A stretch of DNA of 64,000 nt from Antechinus flavipes. Taxonomy: Eukaryota. Of the stretch, positions 35,530 through 48,976 are shown one piece after another. Every line of letters starts with the position of its first letter. Position 1 is the stretch's first letter. The DNA is taken from contig NC_067403.1 in assembly GCF_016432865.1 (NCBI RefSeq), positions 29,574,001-29,638,000 of the forward strand, written 5' to 3'. A model generated the notes under the pieces. The model was not told where the DNA came from and searched no databases. It saw only the letters and a program-made list of their open reading frames with translations. Made by a program: the position numbers and the translations under genes.

Positions 35530-38500
35530 GTATTAATAACAACAATAAAGGAAAACAAAATTCTTTAAAGTTCATTTTTTCGTGACAGAAGAAAATACTT
35601 GATCTTTGTAAATAAGTGTCAGAAGTCTGCTGGGGATATTACTGAGTGATGTTTAATAGCTTTTGCAGGTTGTTGAGTTTTCTTTTTTTAAAAAATGTCT
35701 TGTTAACAAGTTCATTAAAAAGATTATTTTAAAATTGAACAAATGTTAAAAGTTTGAAAGTTTAGTTTGGAAATCAGATCTTATGTAATACGTAACGAGA
35801 ACATTTTTATACTTGTTTCTATTAGAAAGCATGAAAATTGGTTTAATTCCCTAGTCTATTATGAGCAAATTAAAACAGTTATACACATGTATATATGTTC
35901 ATATCTATGTCCAGAGTCTTTTTCAGGCTACTTTTTGTTATAGAAAAATCTAGTTGGATCAAACAAGAAAAATCACAACTATATATAAGGACTTATATAG
36001 TTTTGTTAGGACTTAGATTATATGATCGAGCCAATTATTTATTTTAAACATTAATATAATTCAGCACTTATTATGTTCTCAGTCTCTACTAAAAATAACA
36101 AATTATACCATGATGAGAATCAAAGAAAATTATAGTGGCATTTAAAAGATTTTAGCTCGTTTTCTTTAAGGTATAATATAGATAATATGTGAAATGACTG
36201 TAGTTTAATTGCCAAATTTCAAAAGGCTCAAAAATTTCCCTTTGTAAATAAAACAAAGATGCCAGAGATATTTTAACAGTCATGAATGTAGACCTGGTAT
36301 TTTTTCTCCATGAAAATTTTATAGTGATACTTAGAATGAATGCCATCTTTTTTAGGGCTACTGATGCTTACAAATGTTATTTCCATTGGAATTTAAAAAT
36401 GAGTGAAGATTTTATGGGAAATTGAAATATATCAAAAACTTGAAGCTTGAAGATTTTTTTTCAACATCTGTTATGCGTGATCCAACATATTTCGAGTGTT
36501 TTCCATTTATTCTAAATATGTTGTTATATCTTTCAAGGAATCTTGTCACTTGTATGGAAGATATTATTTTGAAGAAGAAAAAGACATTAATGTCTTTTGC
36601 TTTGGCAAATCAAGTGCTTTTTTAATATTTATCAAACAATAAGCACAGTAGGATCTTATTTTCTGCTTTTAGTCAGTTATGTGATTATTAACGTGTGATT
36701 TGTTATAGACCGTCACTGATAAAAGCTACCTATTTTCTTCTAATACCCTCTTCATAGATGCCTTCAATACCATGTTAATATTATTTTCGTAAAAATTTTA
36801 CATAGATGGGAAATTAGGCTTATGAGTTGGTAATTATTATTGCTCTCTAGTTCACTTATTATTATTATTATTATTATTATGATAACTTTTGAAATAAACT
36901 GAGGCTTTTCTCTACACCTTTAATAACTTTCCTTCCTTCAGAATTGATCTCTTAATTCCCTAAAAATTATGTTCCTTCTTCATCTCTGTAATTGATAGTT
37001 CAGATGCTTTTCCCATTTTTCTTTTTTTAAGTGCTTTTTAAAGCTCTGGGCTTTTTTTTCTAGAGCCATGATGTTAATAGTCTAAATGTGGTAGTTTCAG
37101 TGTGTACAATAATGAAAATATATTATCAAATCTTTGCAAATCTTTTTATGTTTAATTTGTTAGTTCTCCTTTTAGATTGAGCCTTAAATGCAGAGGATAA
37201 CTTTGCTTAGTTGAATTTCTGACCAAGTTATCTTTAAACTGTTTTTTTTTTTTCCCTCTTCCCTGTTGATACTGCTCAAAATTAGCATACATTTATTAAG
37301 CACTTAGTATGTTTCAGGCACTGGGCTGAATGTTAGGGCTACCAAAAAAAAAAAAAGACAAAAAATATTCTTTGTGATCAAAGAGCTTTTTTTCACCATA
37401 CCTTTCAGTGAAATTTGATAAAAAGGTATATATTCCAAGAGACAGCTTGACAATGATTAGAGAGTTATTTTCAAAGCCAGAAAAAACTGGGATTTAAGTC
37501 TTGCTTCTGGCATGTAATGACTGGAAATGACACACCTTCGGTGCTGGAGGTAGCTCTTTAAATCCTAAATTGTAGAGAAGATGCTGATTTGTGTTGGTAG
37601 ATGTTTCCTTGCCCTGGATGTATTTAGACCACTGAAATCACACGACCAGTGCATATCTCCATATGCTTTAGACCAATCTTGTTCTTGTCTAGCATATTTT
37701 ATTTGATAAATAAGTGAAGCATCTGATTACTACGATGGTGTTTTAAGCTTTTCTGGTCTTCTAATTCTGGTCATTGATTTGTATTGTTTAAATAAATGTA
37801 TTCAGTTATTTAGTGACAATGCCTTGAATCCGTTTCTTACTTTCAGCATCAGTAACATATTGGAATAGAGCAGATTGGAGTTGTTTCTAATTATATTCCA
37901 TCCTTTTTTTTCTAATTTTAATTCTTTATTCTTGTTTTGTATTCATTTTTATCTTTGTTCTAGGTAAGGCAGTGGTATGACTACAAATATAACTGCTTTA
38001 GGAATGACTCATGTAGCCAATTTCAGTTTTGTGATGTTATTCAGTACATGTCATGTTCGGTGATTTCTGATTCTTTTCTCAAAGAGAATGTTTATGATGG
38101 ATAGATATGAACCTTTTATATGGACTATAAGTCTTTGACCTCTCTAATGCATTACTATAATTTTCATCTTTTTTTTTTTTTTAAATCATGTGTGGTATAG
38201 GACTAGAATTTCCTCTCTCCCCCATTGTGGTAGCTTTTCCTCTAATGTTAAGTTTAAATTATTTTTTTTTGATGGGGGAGAATATTTGTTTTTACTCTAC
38301 CTAATTTTTTATTTCTAGTTTTTAGAGGTTTTTTTATTTTGTGCTCTGAGCCTTGTTCACTTAAAGATTTGGGACTTGGTTCCCATTTTTGTTTTTGTTT
38401 TGCTTTTTCCTTTCATGGTATTTTTTATGATGGGAGAACTCAAGTGATAGAAGGCCTTTTAGAAGATCTTTAGGACCTTGCTACTAGTGATAGAACCAAC

Positions 38501-39169
38501 ATTTTTTTTTTCCTCATCTGATGATTCCAGCTTTCCTTGGCACAGCATCCTTTCCCACACTCCCAGCGTGCTGGTTTCTTTCCCAGGGCTGTGGCTCAGC
38601 AGTTCAGCTGGGCCGAGGTTCTCTCAGTCTTCCAGGGGCTTATACCCCAACTCCATAAACAGTCTGGGAGGTGAAAGTCTCTGTAGTTCCTGCTGAAGCT
38701 CCAGACCACCCAGCTCACCCCGGGCTAGTCTCTTCTTGGTGTTTTTGCTGGCCCAGAGGTGTTTAGGCTTCAGACGGGTCAATCCCCAGCCTGGAGTCTG
38801 TCTTTAGATCTTCTTGGATTATATCTGGATGATTCCTGTTCTGCCCTAGATCTTCTTTATTTTCTTGATTTCTGAGGCACAAATTTGTTTTATTTGTGAA
38901 GGAAATCAGGAGAACTTAAAATTTGTCAGCCTACTCTATCTTCCTAGAATCCTATCTCTGGACTCTTTAGGAGAGCTAAGAGCTCTTCCTCACGTAGCTG
39001 GATAACTCTTGGCCAGTTTGCAGCACTCTTGTCCTGTAATGCTGGCAGTTCAGCTTTTGTGGAATGGACAGCAGTAATGAGGAACCATTGTACTTTACTC
39101 TCCCTTTCAGCATGAATTTAGTATCCTTTTAATATCCCTATTAAAATTTATATATTGTAAATACTAAAT

Positions 39170-39174
39170 ATATA

Positions 39175-39212
<38 letters not shown>
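39170..39212. repeat. (TA)n microsatellite
   Basis: Direct reading. Confidence 0.97.
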
Positions 39213-39215
<3 letters not shown>

Positions 39216-39499
39216 TATTCAACTATTATTCTTTTGTAAAGGGTCTCTATTTTTTGTTGAATTTCAAAGAATATCACTGTTCAGATATTCAGACAGTCAC
39301 AGGTCATCTTTTATTGATTACAGATTACATTACCTATTCACAACTTGTCTCTGAAATTTTTGTTCAGTTAATACTTGTTAGGATATGGCTTGATGATCTT
39401 AATAATTTGAAGACTGCCATTTACTGAGAATATGGTGGTGTTGAAGAATGTTTTACAAGATTTCATTCATTTGTTCTTGATTTTTTTGGATGCTTTTTT

Positions 39500-42400
39500 T
39501 TCTTTTTTGGATAATAGCCTTTTATTTACAAAATACATGCGAAGATAGTTTTCAGCATTCACCCTTGCAAAACCTTGTGTTCCCTATTTTTCTCCCTTCC
39601 TTCCCCCTACTCCCTCTCTTACATAGCAAGTAATCCAATATAGGTTAAACATATGCATTTCTTTTATACCTATTTCCACATTTATTATGCCACACACAAA
39701 AAGTTCAAATTAGAAAGGGAAAAAAAAATGAAAAGGGGGAAAAAAGCAAGCAAACCACAATAAAAAGATGCAAATACTATACTTTGATCCACATTCAGTC
39801 CCCATAGTTTATCTCTCTGGCTGTAGATAGCTCTCTCCATCACAAGTCTATTGGAATTGGCTTGAATCACTTCATTGTTGAAAAGAGCCAAGTCCATTAG
39901 AGTTGATCATCACATAATCTTGTAGTATAGTGTTCTCTTGGTTCTACTCACTTCACTTAGCATCAGTTCATGTTAGTTTCTCATCACATTCCTTTTTTTT
40001 TTAATAACTTTTTATTGATAGAACCCATGCCAGGGTAATTTTTTTTTACAGCATTATCCCTTGCATTCACTTCTGTTCCGGTTTTTCCCCTCCCTCCCTC
40101 CATCCCCTCCCCTAGATGGCAAGCAGTCCTTTACATGTTGAATAGGTTACAGTATATCCTAGATACAATATATGTATGCAGAACTGAACAGTTCTCTTGT
40201 TGCACAGGGAGAATTGAATTCAGAAGGTAGAAATAACCCGAGAAGAAAAACAAAAATGCAAGCAGTTTATATTCATTTCCCAGTGTTCTTTCTCTGGGTG
40301 TAGCTGCTTCTGTCCATCTTTGATCAATTAAGGCTCTCTTTATCGAAGAGATCCACTTCCATCAGAATACATCCTCAAACAGTATCATTGTTGAGGTATA
40401 TAATGATCTCCTGGTTCTTCTCATTTTACTCAGCATCAGTTCATGTAAGTCTCGCCAGTCCTCTCTGTATTCATCCCGTTGGTCATTCCTTACAGAACAA
40501 TAATATTCCATAACATTCATATACTACGATTTACCCAACCATTCTCCAATTGATGGGCATCCTTTCATTTTCCAGCTTCTACCCACTACAAACAGGGCTG
40601 CCACAAACATTTTGGCACATATAGGTCCCTTTCCTTTCTTTAGTATCTCTTTGGGGTATAAGCCCAGTAGAAACACTGCTGGATCAAAGGGTATGCACAG
40701 TTTGATAACTTTTTGAGCATAGTTCCAAATTGCTCGCCAGAATGGCTGGATGTGTTCACAATTCCACCAACAATGTATCAGTGTCCCCGTTTTCCCACAT
40801 CCCCTCTAACATTCTGCATTGTCTTTCCCTGTCATTCTAGCCAATCTGACAGGTGTGTAGTGGTATCTCAGAGTTGTCTTCATTTGCATTTCTCTGATTA
40901 ATAATGATTTGGAGCATATTTTCATATGTCTATAAATAATTTCAATTTCTTCGTCTGAGAATTGTCTGTTTATATCCTTTGACCATTTATCAATTGGAGA
41001 ATGGTTTGATTTCTTATAAATTAGAGTCAATTCTCTATATTTTGGAAATGAGGCCTTTATCAGAACCTTTGATTGTAAAAATGTTTTCCCAGTTTATTGT
41101 TTCCCTTCTAATCTTATCTGCATTTGTTTTGTTTGTACAAAAACTTTTCAATTTAATATAATCAAAATTTTCTATTTTGTGGTCAGTAGTGATCGCTAGT
41201 TCTTCTTTGGTCATAAATTCCTTCCTCTTCCACAGGTCTGCGAGGTAAACTATCCTATGCTTTTCCAATTTATTTATAATCTCATTCTTTATGCCTAGGT
41301 CATGAACCCATTTTGACCTTATCTTGGTGTACGGTGTTAAGTGTGGGTCAATGCCTATTTTCTGCCATAATAATTTCCAATATTCCCAGCAATTTTTGTC
41401 AAATAATGCATTCTTATCCCAGAAACTGGTGTCTTTGGGTTTGTCAAACACTATATTATTAAAGTTATTGGCTGTTTTGTCCTTTGAACCTAACCTATTC
41501 CATTGATCAATTAGTCTATTTCTTAGCCAATACCAGATGGTTTTAGTAACTGCTGCTTTATAATATAATTTTAGATCTGGTACAGCTAGGCCACCTTCAT
41601 TTGATTTTTTTTTTTCATTAATTCCCTTGAAATTCTTGACCTTTTGTTTTTCCATATGAACTTTGTTATTTTTTCTAGTTCATCAAAGTAGTTTTTGGGG
41701 AGGCTGATTGGTATAGCGCTAAATAAATAGATTAATTTAGGTAGTATTGTCATCTTTATTATATTTGCTTGCCTGATCCAAGAGCATTTAATATTTTTCC
41801 AGTTGGTTAGATCAGACTTACTTTGTGTGGAAAGTGTTTTGTAGTTTTGCTCATAAAGTTTCTGATTTTCCCTTGGCAGATAGATTCCTAAATATTTTAT
41901 ACAATCAGTAGTTACTTTAAATGGAATTTCTTTTTGTAACTCTAACTGTTGGGTTTTGTTAGTGATATATAAGAATGCTGATGACTTATGTGGGTTTATT
42001 TTATATCCTGCAACTTTGCTGAAGGTGTGGTTTGTTTCTAATAACTTTTTGGTAGAGTCTCTGGGGTTCTCTAAGTATGCCATCATATCATCAGCCAAGA
42101 GTGATAATTTGGTTTCCTCATTGCCTATTCTTATTCCTTTAATCTCTTTCTCAACGCTTATTGCCAAAGCTAACATTTCTAATACAATATTAAATAGTAA
42201 CGGTGATAGTGGGCACCCTTGTTTTACTCCTGATCTTATTGGGAATGGTTGCAGTTTGTCCCCGTTACATTCTCATCACATTCCTATACCATAACTTATT
42301 CAGCCATTCCCTAACTGAAGAACACTCCATTTCCTGTTTCTTGCCACTACAAAAAGGGCTGCTTTAAACATTTTTGCACATGTGGATGCTATCCCTTTTT
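39500..42400 (-). mobile_element. Older L1 3' fragment hosting the young L1 (39500-39977 and 42286-42400)
   Basis: L1 3'-UTR before the left TSD; L1 sequence (cataacttattcagccattcc...) after the right TSD. Confidence 0.8.
39994..42269 (-). mobile_element. Relatively young 5'-truncated L1 (2.28 kb) with a perfect 16-bp TSD
   Basis: TTCTCATCACATTCCT at 39978-39993 and 42270-42285; poly-T tail; ORF2 pieces 41586-42176 (LSLLADDMM.YLENP) and 41035-41655. Confidence 0.95.
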
Positions 42401-44299
42401 TGGATGCAGTCTTTTCAGTGATGAAGTTGTTGAGGATTTTTTTTGGGGGGGGTATTTAGTAACTTATAATAAGTTGATTATTTTATTGTATTAAGAAAAC
42501 TAATGATAATGTCATTGTTGTATAAACAGAAGTAAGAACACTTTAAAAAAATTGATTTCTTTCAATTAAAAATAAATGTCTTGGCTCCCTCATGTGTTCT
42601 TTCCATTGGGGAAAAAAAAGAAAAAGAAAACTTTTGTAACAAAAATCTGTAATTAAGCAAGACAAATTCTTGAATTGACAGTGTCCCAAACTAAATTTAA
42701 TTTTACACATTTTCTTCTCTCAGGGGTTGAATTACTCTGGAATTGTTAGTTATTCCTGGCTCTTTGTCTTTAGTGTGTTGTTGCTGTTGTTTAAGTCTTT
42801 ACAGGTTACTCTGAAATTTTCCTTTTCATCATTTCTTTGATGATCAGTTAAATTTAAATAGCTACAGTCCTACATAGGAAGGATTTTTAAGTGTTTGCAA
42901 TATATTACTTTTATGTAAAGATATGCTTGTTTATCCTAGGGCATTTAGAAATGTATGTTTCACTTGATAGTATTTAATTTTTTTCTTCTGAAAATTACTC
43001 TGAAAAATTTTCCTCTGAAAATTGGTAGAAAATGTTCCCACATGCTATAAGTTGGTCTTATAAATTTTGCAGAGAATAAAAAATTTAAAAATGTTTGGTA
43101 TCCAGATTATAGTATATGGAAGCTTAGTAATAGAGCTGCCTTTAAGTTTGAGCAAACAGTAACTCCTATAGGCTTTTCCTCACTGTTAAAACTAAGCATG
43201 TTTGAATATAATGTCATATTAAATTAGTAGGGATTCAATTATAATTTTAAAAATTTTGTAGGATCTGAAATCTCATGGATATGAGCACTCCTTAACCTGA
43301 CTGGTTAATTGTAATCAATTATGTCTTTTTCATTCCCTTTGATTCTGCATTTTCTTAGAAATTTTCCCTTGAGGATGTATCCATATGATAGAGTTAGTTT
43401 AATAGTTCTTTGATTATTTTGTGAATATCAATATAGTGCTCAAGTTTACTATTTTCCCTCACACTGTTGAACTAGCCTATTTCCTTTATATATATATCTT
43501 TAATGTCACTTATATATTTCTTAAATGCTAGTCATCATTAGTATTATCCTGCTTCCTAGATAATATCGGTCATGTACCTTTCTGCTGCATTTGATTCTTA
43601 GATTATAATGTTCCCTGTTAGGCAATAAATTAGGATAACTTGGAGAATTCTGGTGTCCAAGAGATGGCCTTTGGTGATCTCAAATAGTATCCTTTGATCC
43701 TTTGAAAAAGTAATTCAGTTTCCTAAATGTGATTGTGCATCATTTTTTCCTTCTGTTTGATTCAGGGTCCTCATCAAAACATATTTTTTAAAATAAGATT
43801 TACACATGTAGCATCTCCTCTGGCCTATTCTTCTGGCCTTTACCTGCAGGCTGGGTCCCCAGAAGGCAGCTGCTTCTTCAGGTTACACAGTACTCTTGGG
43901 CAGCCCCTCCTGCTAGCCAAGCTCCTCACTGGCTTCTACTCCTGCTTCCCATTAAATCAACCAATTAGCTTTTTACAAAGGCATTTGGTACAATGCTGTG
44001 GTAAAAAAAAAAGTAGCTAAGGGAAATTCCCTTCCTCCCAAATGCCAAAGGCCTGCTCTCCCACGGCTACACCGTGTTCCTGGGAAGAGGGGGCAGGGGT
44101 GGGGAGGTGCCACATGTGACCAGGGCCATTTGGGAGCTTTTCTCTTTGCCCTCTTCCTCCTGGGCACGCCATCTCTGCTGGGCAAGTCCTGCAGTCCTCC
44201 TGGGGGCTCTGGCTCTTTGGCTGCTCCCAAGGGTCAGGCCTTGATGCTGATTCTTCTTCCCTCAATATTTGTTGGGGAGTGGGGGTCCTGCTCTTTGCT

Positions 44300-44620
44300 G
44301 GTTAGAGTGTTGTGGTGGTTTGTCCTTTGGTGAAGAGGGCCAGGGCATCAGGGAGGCGATGCTCTGACCGGATTGGGTTTCAGGGAGGGAGGGAGGGCCT
44401 GGCAAGGGCGCCAGCCTCACTGACCTTCTGGAGCCAGCCGGGACTAGTGGCCAGGGAAAGATCAGGCCGATGGAGACGGCTCTGGATGCAGGGAGACTCT
44501 GGCCCTTGAAAACTAAGGTCTTCCACAGGTCTCATTTTAACTGAGACTGCCCTCATTCAGTGACTAAGGTTTGGTAGCAAGTGAGGCAAAGAATCTCTTC
44601 TTTCATCTAGTTCAAAAATG
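44300..44620 (-). mobile_element. RTESINE-like element, GC-shifted
   Basis: Reverse-complement homolog of 1670-1950. Confidence 0.75.
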
Positions 44621-46092
44621 ATCTAGATAAATAAATAAATGAACACACACAGTGCCTTTTATGGGTTGAGGAATTTCTCTTTCTGATATATAGCTTATGA
44701 AATTCCCTCAATGCATTCTAAAACATAGTTTTATATCTAAATTTAAATGAGTTGACAGAAAGGGACCTCTGAGCCACTTGTTCAAATCTCTTAACCTGGC
44801 AAATTAAGGAGACTAAGGGCTGGGAGAAGTTGAGATTGCTCAAATGCTGCACATTCATAGAAAAAGGACTGAGCAGAGATGAATCATTCTTTATGCAACA
44901 TTGTGCAACTCTAGTTGTCCTGAACTTCTTGTTGGTTTTTGGTTTGAAAGGAATTATGATGAGCTCAACTACTGAGAATTATATATAAGTTCCTAGTTTT
45001 TTAGTTGAAAGAATTATTTAAGGGAGTGAAGGCCAGCAAGCAATGGATGAATATCTTTATCATAAATATTTTATGCACCAGTATTTAAAATCATGTAATC
45101 AAAATTTATAAAATTTTTCAAGAATAAGGAAAAAAAATCACCCAAACAGAAACCTGAGAAATTTATAATCTTTTTCCCTGGTTGTTTTTCCTCAGTACTT
45201 AACATTTTCCTTCACTTGACCAAAGATACAATGCTTGCTAAATACAGACATGTCATGTTAACAAGGAGCTTGCAAACAGTAAAAATTAAGGATGGTTTTA
45301 TCCAGCAGGAGGAGCTCTTGCTGTAAAATACATAGTTTGTGGCTTACAACTTTATGAGCTAGAAACATGAACCAAAAATCTTCATTGTTTGAATTTCAGC
45401 AGTTTACTATACACATATCGATCATTCAGTGCAGTGGAATTATATAACTCTTAGACACAGGAATTTAATCTGATTTTGCTGTGCTGTCAGAGCCTTTGTC
45501 ATGGATAGCAGCCTCAGAGATCATGCTTTTGGGGGAATTGATAGATCAGGGTGAGGGTTGAGTAGTGGTATATTGGACTAAGTAGTAACTCAGGCCTTTA
45601 GTGGAGAAAAAAGAATTGACGCAAACAGTTGATAAAAATGAATACCTTCAGTGTAAATTGAAAATCTCCTCCTCTGTCTGCTTACCACTTATTTTCCATC
45701 CCTGATTGGGACTGTGTCTGGTATCTCTTCTTGTTGCCATTTCATCCCTTTCTATTGAACACGTTGAGATAGCTTATTACCCTTATGTTTTGTGACATTT
45801 TTCTGTCTTCAAGGCTGTCTTGTGATTCCTCTAAATGAGATTTTAACGTGCAAAACTGTCCTGGAATGCTGTGTAATATATATTATATAATGTGGACAAC
45901 CCTATATTTAGGAATAAATAGCCTAAATTGAATCATTATAATTTGGGCTTTTATAAAACAAATATGCTTTTTGGGTTTGAGATATCAATAAAAATCATGG
46001 AGTTTTATACTTCTTGGATTACAGGTATTTAGGAGAGAAGAGGGCCTGAATGAAGTTCATGAAAATTAATTTAGCCTTAAGACTATAACGTT

Positions 46093-46234
46093 GGGGCATC
46101 TGGATGGCGCAGTGGATAGAGCATTGGCCCTGGAGTCAGGAGGACCTGATTTTAAATTCAATCAGACACTTAACATTTCCTGGCTGTATGATTGGGGACA
46201 AGTCACTTAACCCCAATTGTCTTGCCAAAAAAAA
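46093..46234 (+). mobile_element. WSINE1-type SINE
   Basis: ggggcatctggatggcgcagtggatagagca...ggagtcaggaggacctg...gtcacttaaccccaattg...poly-A. Confidence 0.88.
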
Positions 46235-46555
46235 TAGAGAGAGAGAAATAGATTATAATGTTGAAATCCACACTAGCAATTAATACTGAAATAGAGACCT
46301 AAGGAGATGCAAAAAGACATAAGAGAGATGAGGGAGAAGAACAGGAAAGTAAGAAGATCACTAGATTTCCATTTCAAAGTTTGACAGATTTTATTAAATT
46401 TATTTTAAAACATGAAGTGGGATTGAAGAGAAATTTACTATATACCATTTACTAAAATTCAAGAGTGGAATTTATTAACATTTTAAATAGGATATTGATA
46501 GCCCTATCTGTTAAGTGTAATTTTCAGTTTAAAAAAATGGATTTTATATTTTTAG

Positions 46556-46708
46556 TTTTAAAACAAAATTGGCTGCGGCACTGGCAAGATGTCGAATTAA
46601 ACATGATGCTCTTTCAATTTACCACATTCTACCAGAAACTGTTAGAAAACAGGAACAAAGAGCTTCAACTTTGCCACTTTATGCTTGGGTAAATACTTGC
46701 AAAATCAG
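46556..46708 (+). CDS. NSUN7: NSUN7 coding exon 4 ((S)FKTKLAAALARCRIKHDALSIYHILPETVRKQEQRASTLPLYAWVNTCKI)
   Basis: Acceptor tattttttag-type tract then |T, donor ATCAG|gtaaga; 153 nt, phase 2 to 2. Confidence 0.96.
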
Positions 46709-46779
46709 GTAAGATTTCAAATATATCCTTTTCTTATGTGCAAGTCATTTAACCTCTCCTTTCTTTAAGTAACTCTAAG

Positions 46780-47502
46780 GCTGTGTCAGAGAAAATGTCA
46801 CCCTGTGTTGGTAGAAGCAGTTGCCTATGTACCAATGCAATCAAAGGTGCAATCATTCCCCAGGATACACCTGATGAGGTTCTCAGCAGCTGGTGGTTGG
46901 CAGAGAGAAGCTGGAGCACCGAGGGAATTGTTCCCTGGGCAGGCCGGGAAAAGGCTCTGGCAGAGATCCTGGTCCCACCCTCTGGGGAGGTCATGGTCCA
47001 GAACAGAATCCACGTGAAGCCCTTCGGCCCTCCCTCTGGGGAGGTTGTGGGCAGCCCAGCTATGCTCTGTCGGGAGTCCCAGGCTGTTCCTTAGGTTACT
47101 TCTGCCCTGTACGGTCTGTTGGTAGCCCACACTTTGGTTCAGTCTGCCATGACCCTCTGCCTTGTGGTGTTTCTCCTGATGGTGGCACAGTGGGATTTAT
47201 GTCATGTAGTGTCTCCCCTTGTAACCTCCACCATGCTTTCTGGTATCTCTCCTTACAGCTAACTAACTTTTTTTAGGGTTTAGCCTGCCAGTGAAGGGGC
47301 TTTTGGGGTATTTCCTTTCTCCTGCCTAATTGTGAATTCCCCTAGGAACTTTACCTTTCCATCGTTAATTATTAAAACTCCTTTTTTGCTAACCATTTAC
47401 TATTTCTGGTGTTATTATATCTCTGAAACCTCTTCTCAGTAAACTCACCTTTTACCTAAGAGAATGGCCATTGTGAATTCTTCACATGACTGAATCCCAA
47501 CA
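46780..47502 (+). mobile_element. Probable solo LTR just 3' of NSUN7 exon 4
   Basis: GC-richer block with internal direct repeat ccctctggggaggt (46978, 47032), ATTAAA (~47371), ends tcccaaCA; no TSD resolved. Confidence 0.55.
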
Positions 47503-47914
47503 ATTATTTGATGTTCTCCTAAATAACCCTATCTAGTGACATCAGTCACATCACATCTACTTTGCTCCTGGTAAAACTTAAAAAGTAAATTAAGTATAAT
47601 TTTGAGTTAATCTTTTATTGAAGAAGAATATTGGCATAAAAATTAATGTATTTCTTAAGTCGTATTTTAAATCTTGGTTCCTGGCTTAATTTAAAGTTCT
47701 TTACTCTAAATTGAAAAAGAAAATTATATCAATGCTTCTGCAGGCTAACTCTGCAAAATTGGAGTAGATAGCTGTAAGAAAATTCTTTGCATTATCCAGA
47801 TTAATTTTTGAGTGATAGTGACTATTTTTCATGTTAATAGGATAACAATGTGTTAAAGTTACATTTAATCTCATAATTGTGGCCAAAATAAATAACTGAA
47901 TTTTATATCAACAG

Positions 47915-48098
47915 CCCTGAAGGTATCTGCGATGATTTGAAAAAAGAAGGATACACCAGAGTCAAATCTGCACTTGACTTTGATTGTAAATCTTTTTGTA
48001 TGGACCAACATTGCAGTGATGTTATAATTTTCCCATCTCATCTGAAAAGTGAACTTCTTAATATAGAGCTTTGCACAGGTTATAAACTTTTGTTTCAG
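47915..48098 (+). CDS. NSUN7: NSUN7 coding exon 5 ((S)PEGICDDLKKEGY...ELCTGYKLLFQ)
   Basis: Acceptor atcaacag|C, donor CAG|gtgagc; 184 nt, phase 2 to 0; contains DQHC.DV.IFPSHLK. Confidence 0.96.
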
Positions 48099-48774
48099 GT
48101 GAGCTCACATTTGCTTTTAAAGGTTTTCCTTCTCAAAAAGAAGTCTTAATAGTAATCTTAATTTTATTTTCTGGAGTCAACCTCCTCAAGGAATTGTAAA
48201 CCTCACCATTACATCCCATCCAAATATTAAATGTGAAATGCTGACTTGCTATTCATCCTTTTTATGGATTGTCAGGAGGATTTACAGCTTTCTCTGATTT
48301 CAACTTCAATATAATTTAACCTGACACCCCAAAAACTTATCAAACTTTAATCCCTTGTGAAACAGGATAGCAATGCTTTCTTTTTCCTTATACCTACAAC
48401 TTATTCTTGTGTTACTGCCATCTGGGAATGGGTTAATCTCATTTGGATTAAGAAACTTACCTTGGGACATTTTTGCTGAGTGATTTTGGAATATCCAAGA
48501 TCACAGCTTTCTCAAAAAGGTATTGAAGTTTAAATGCCATTTATGACTTAACTAAGATCAGGATTCTGTAGTTTAAAAAAAAATCCAAAAATTTTTCTTA
48601 ACTTTAACATTTGGATTAATATATCATTGTCAGAAAATTAAATAGGAATTAAATGACACAACATAGCAGAGTAGTTAGAAAGTTACACTTAGAGCCAAGA
48701 AGACTTGATTTAAAGCTCTCTGACACAAAGATCTAGGATCTGGCAAAGTAATTTAAGCTCTCAGTTTTCTAGGC

Positions 48775-48976
48775 CAGTGGTTCTCAAACTTTTGTTCTGG
48801 GATCTTTATACTATTAAAAATTATTGAGAATCTTTCCAAAGAGTTTGTTTATATGGATTTTATTTACAGATATTTATCATATTAGAAATAAAAACGAATT
48901 CTGAATTTGTAGGCCCTCCAAAAGGATTTCAGATCCCCTGCTCAGGATTCTCTGCATCACACTTTAAAAATCAATG
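48775..48976. mobile_element. hAT-Charlie-type MITE (202 bp)
   Basis: TIR cagtggttctcaaa / tttaaaaatcaatg; 8-bp TSD ttctaggc / ttctgggc (7 of 8 match). Confidence 0.85.
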
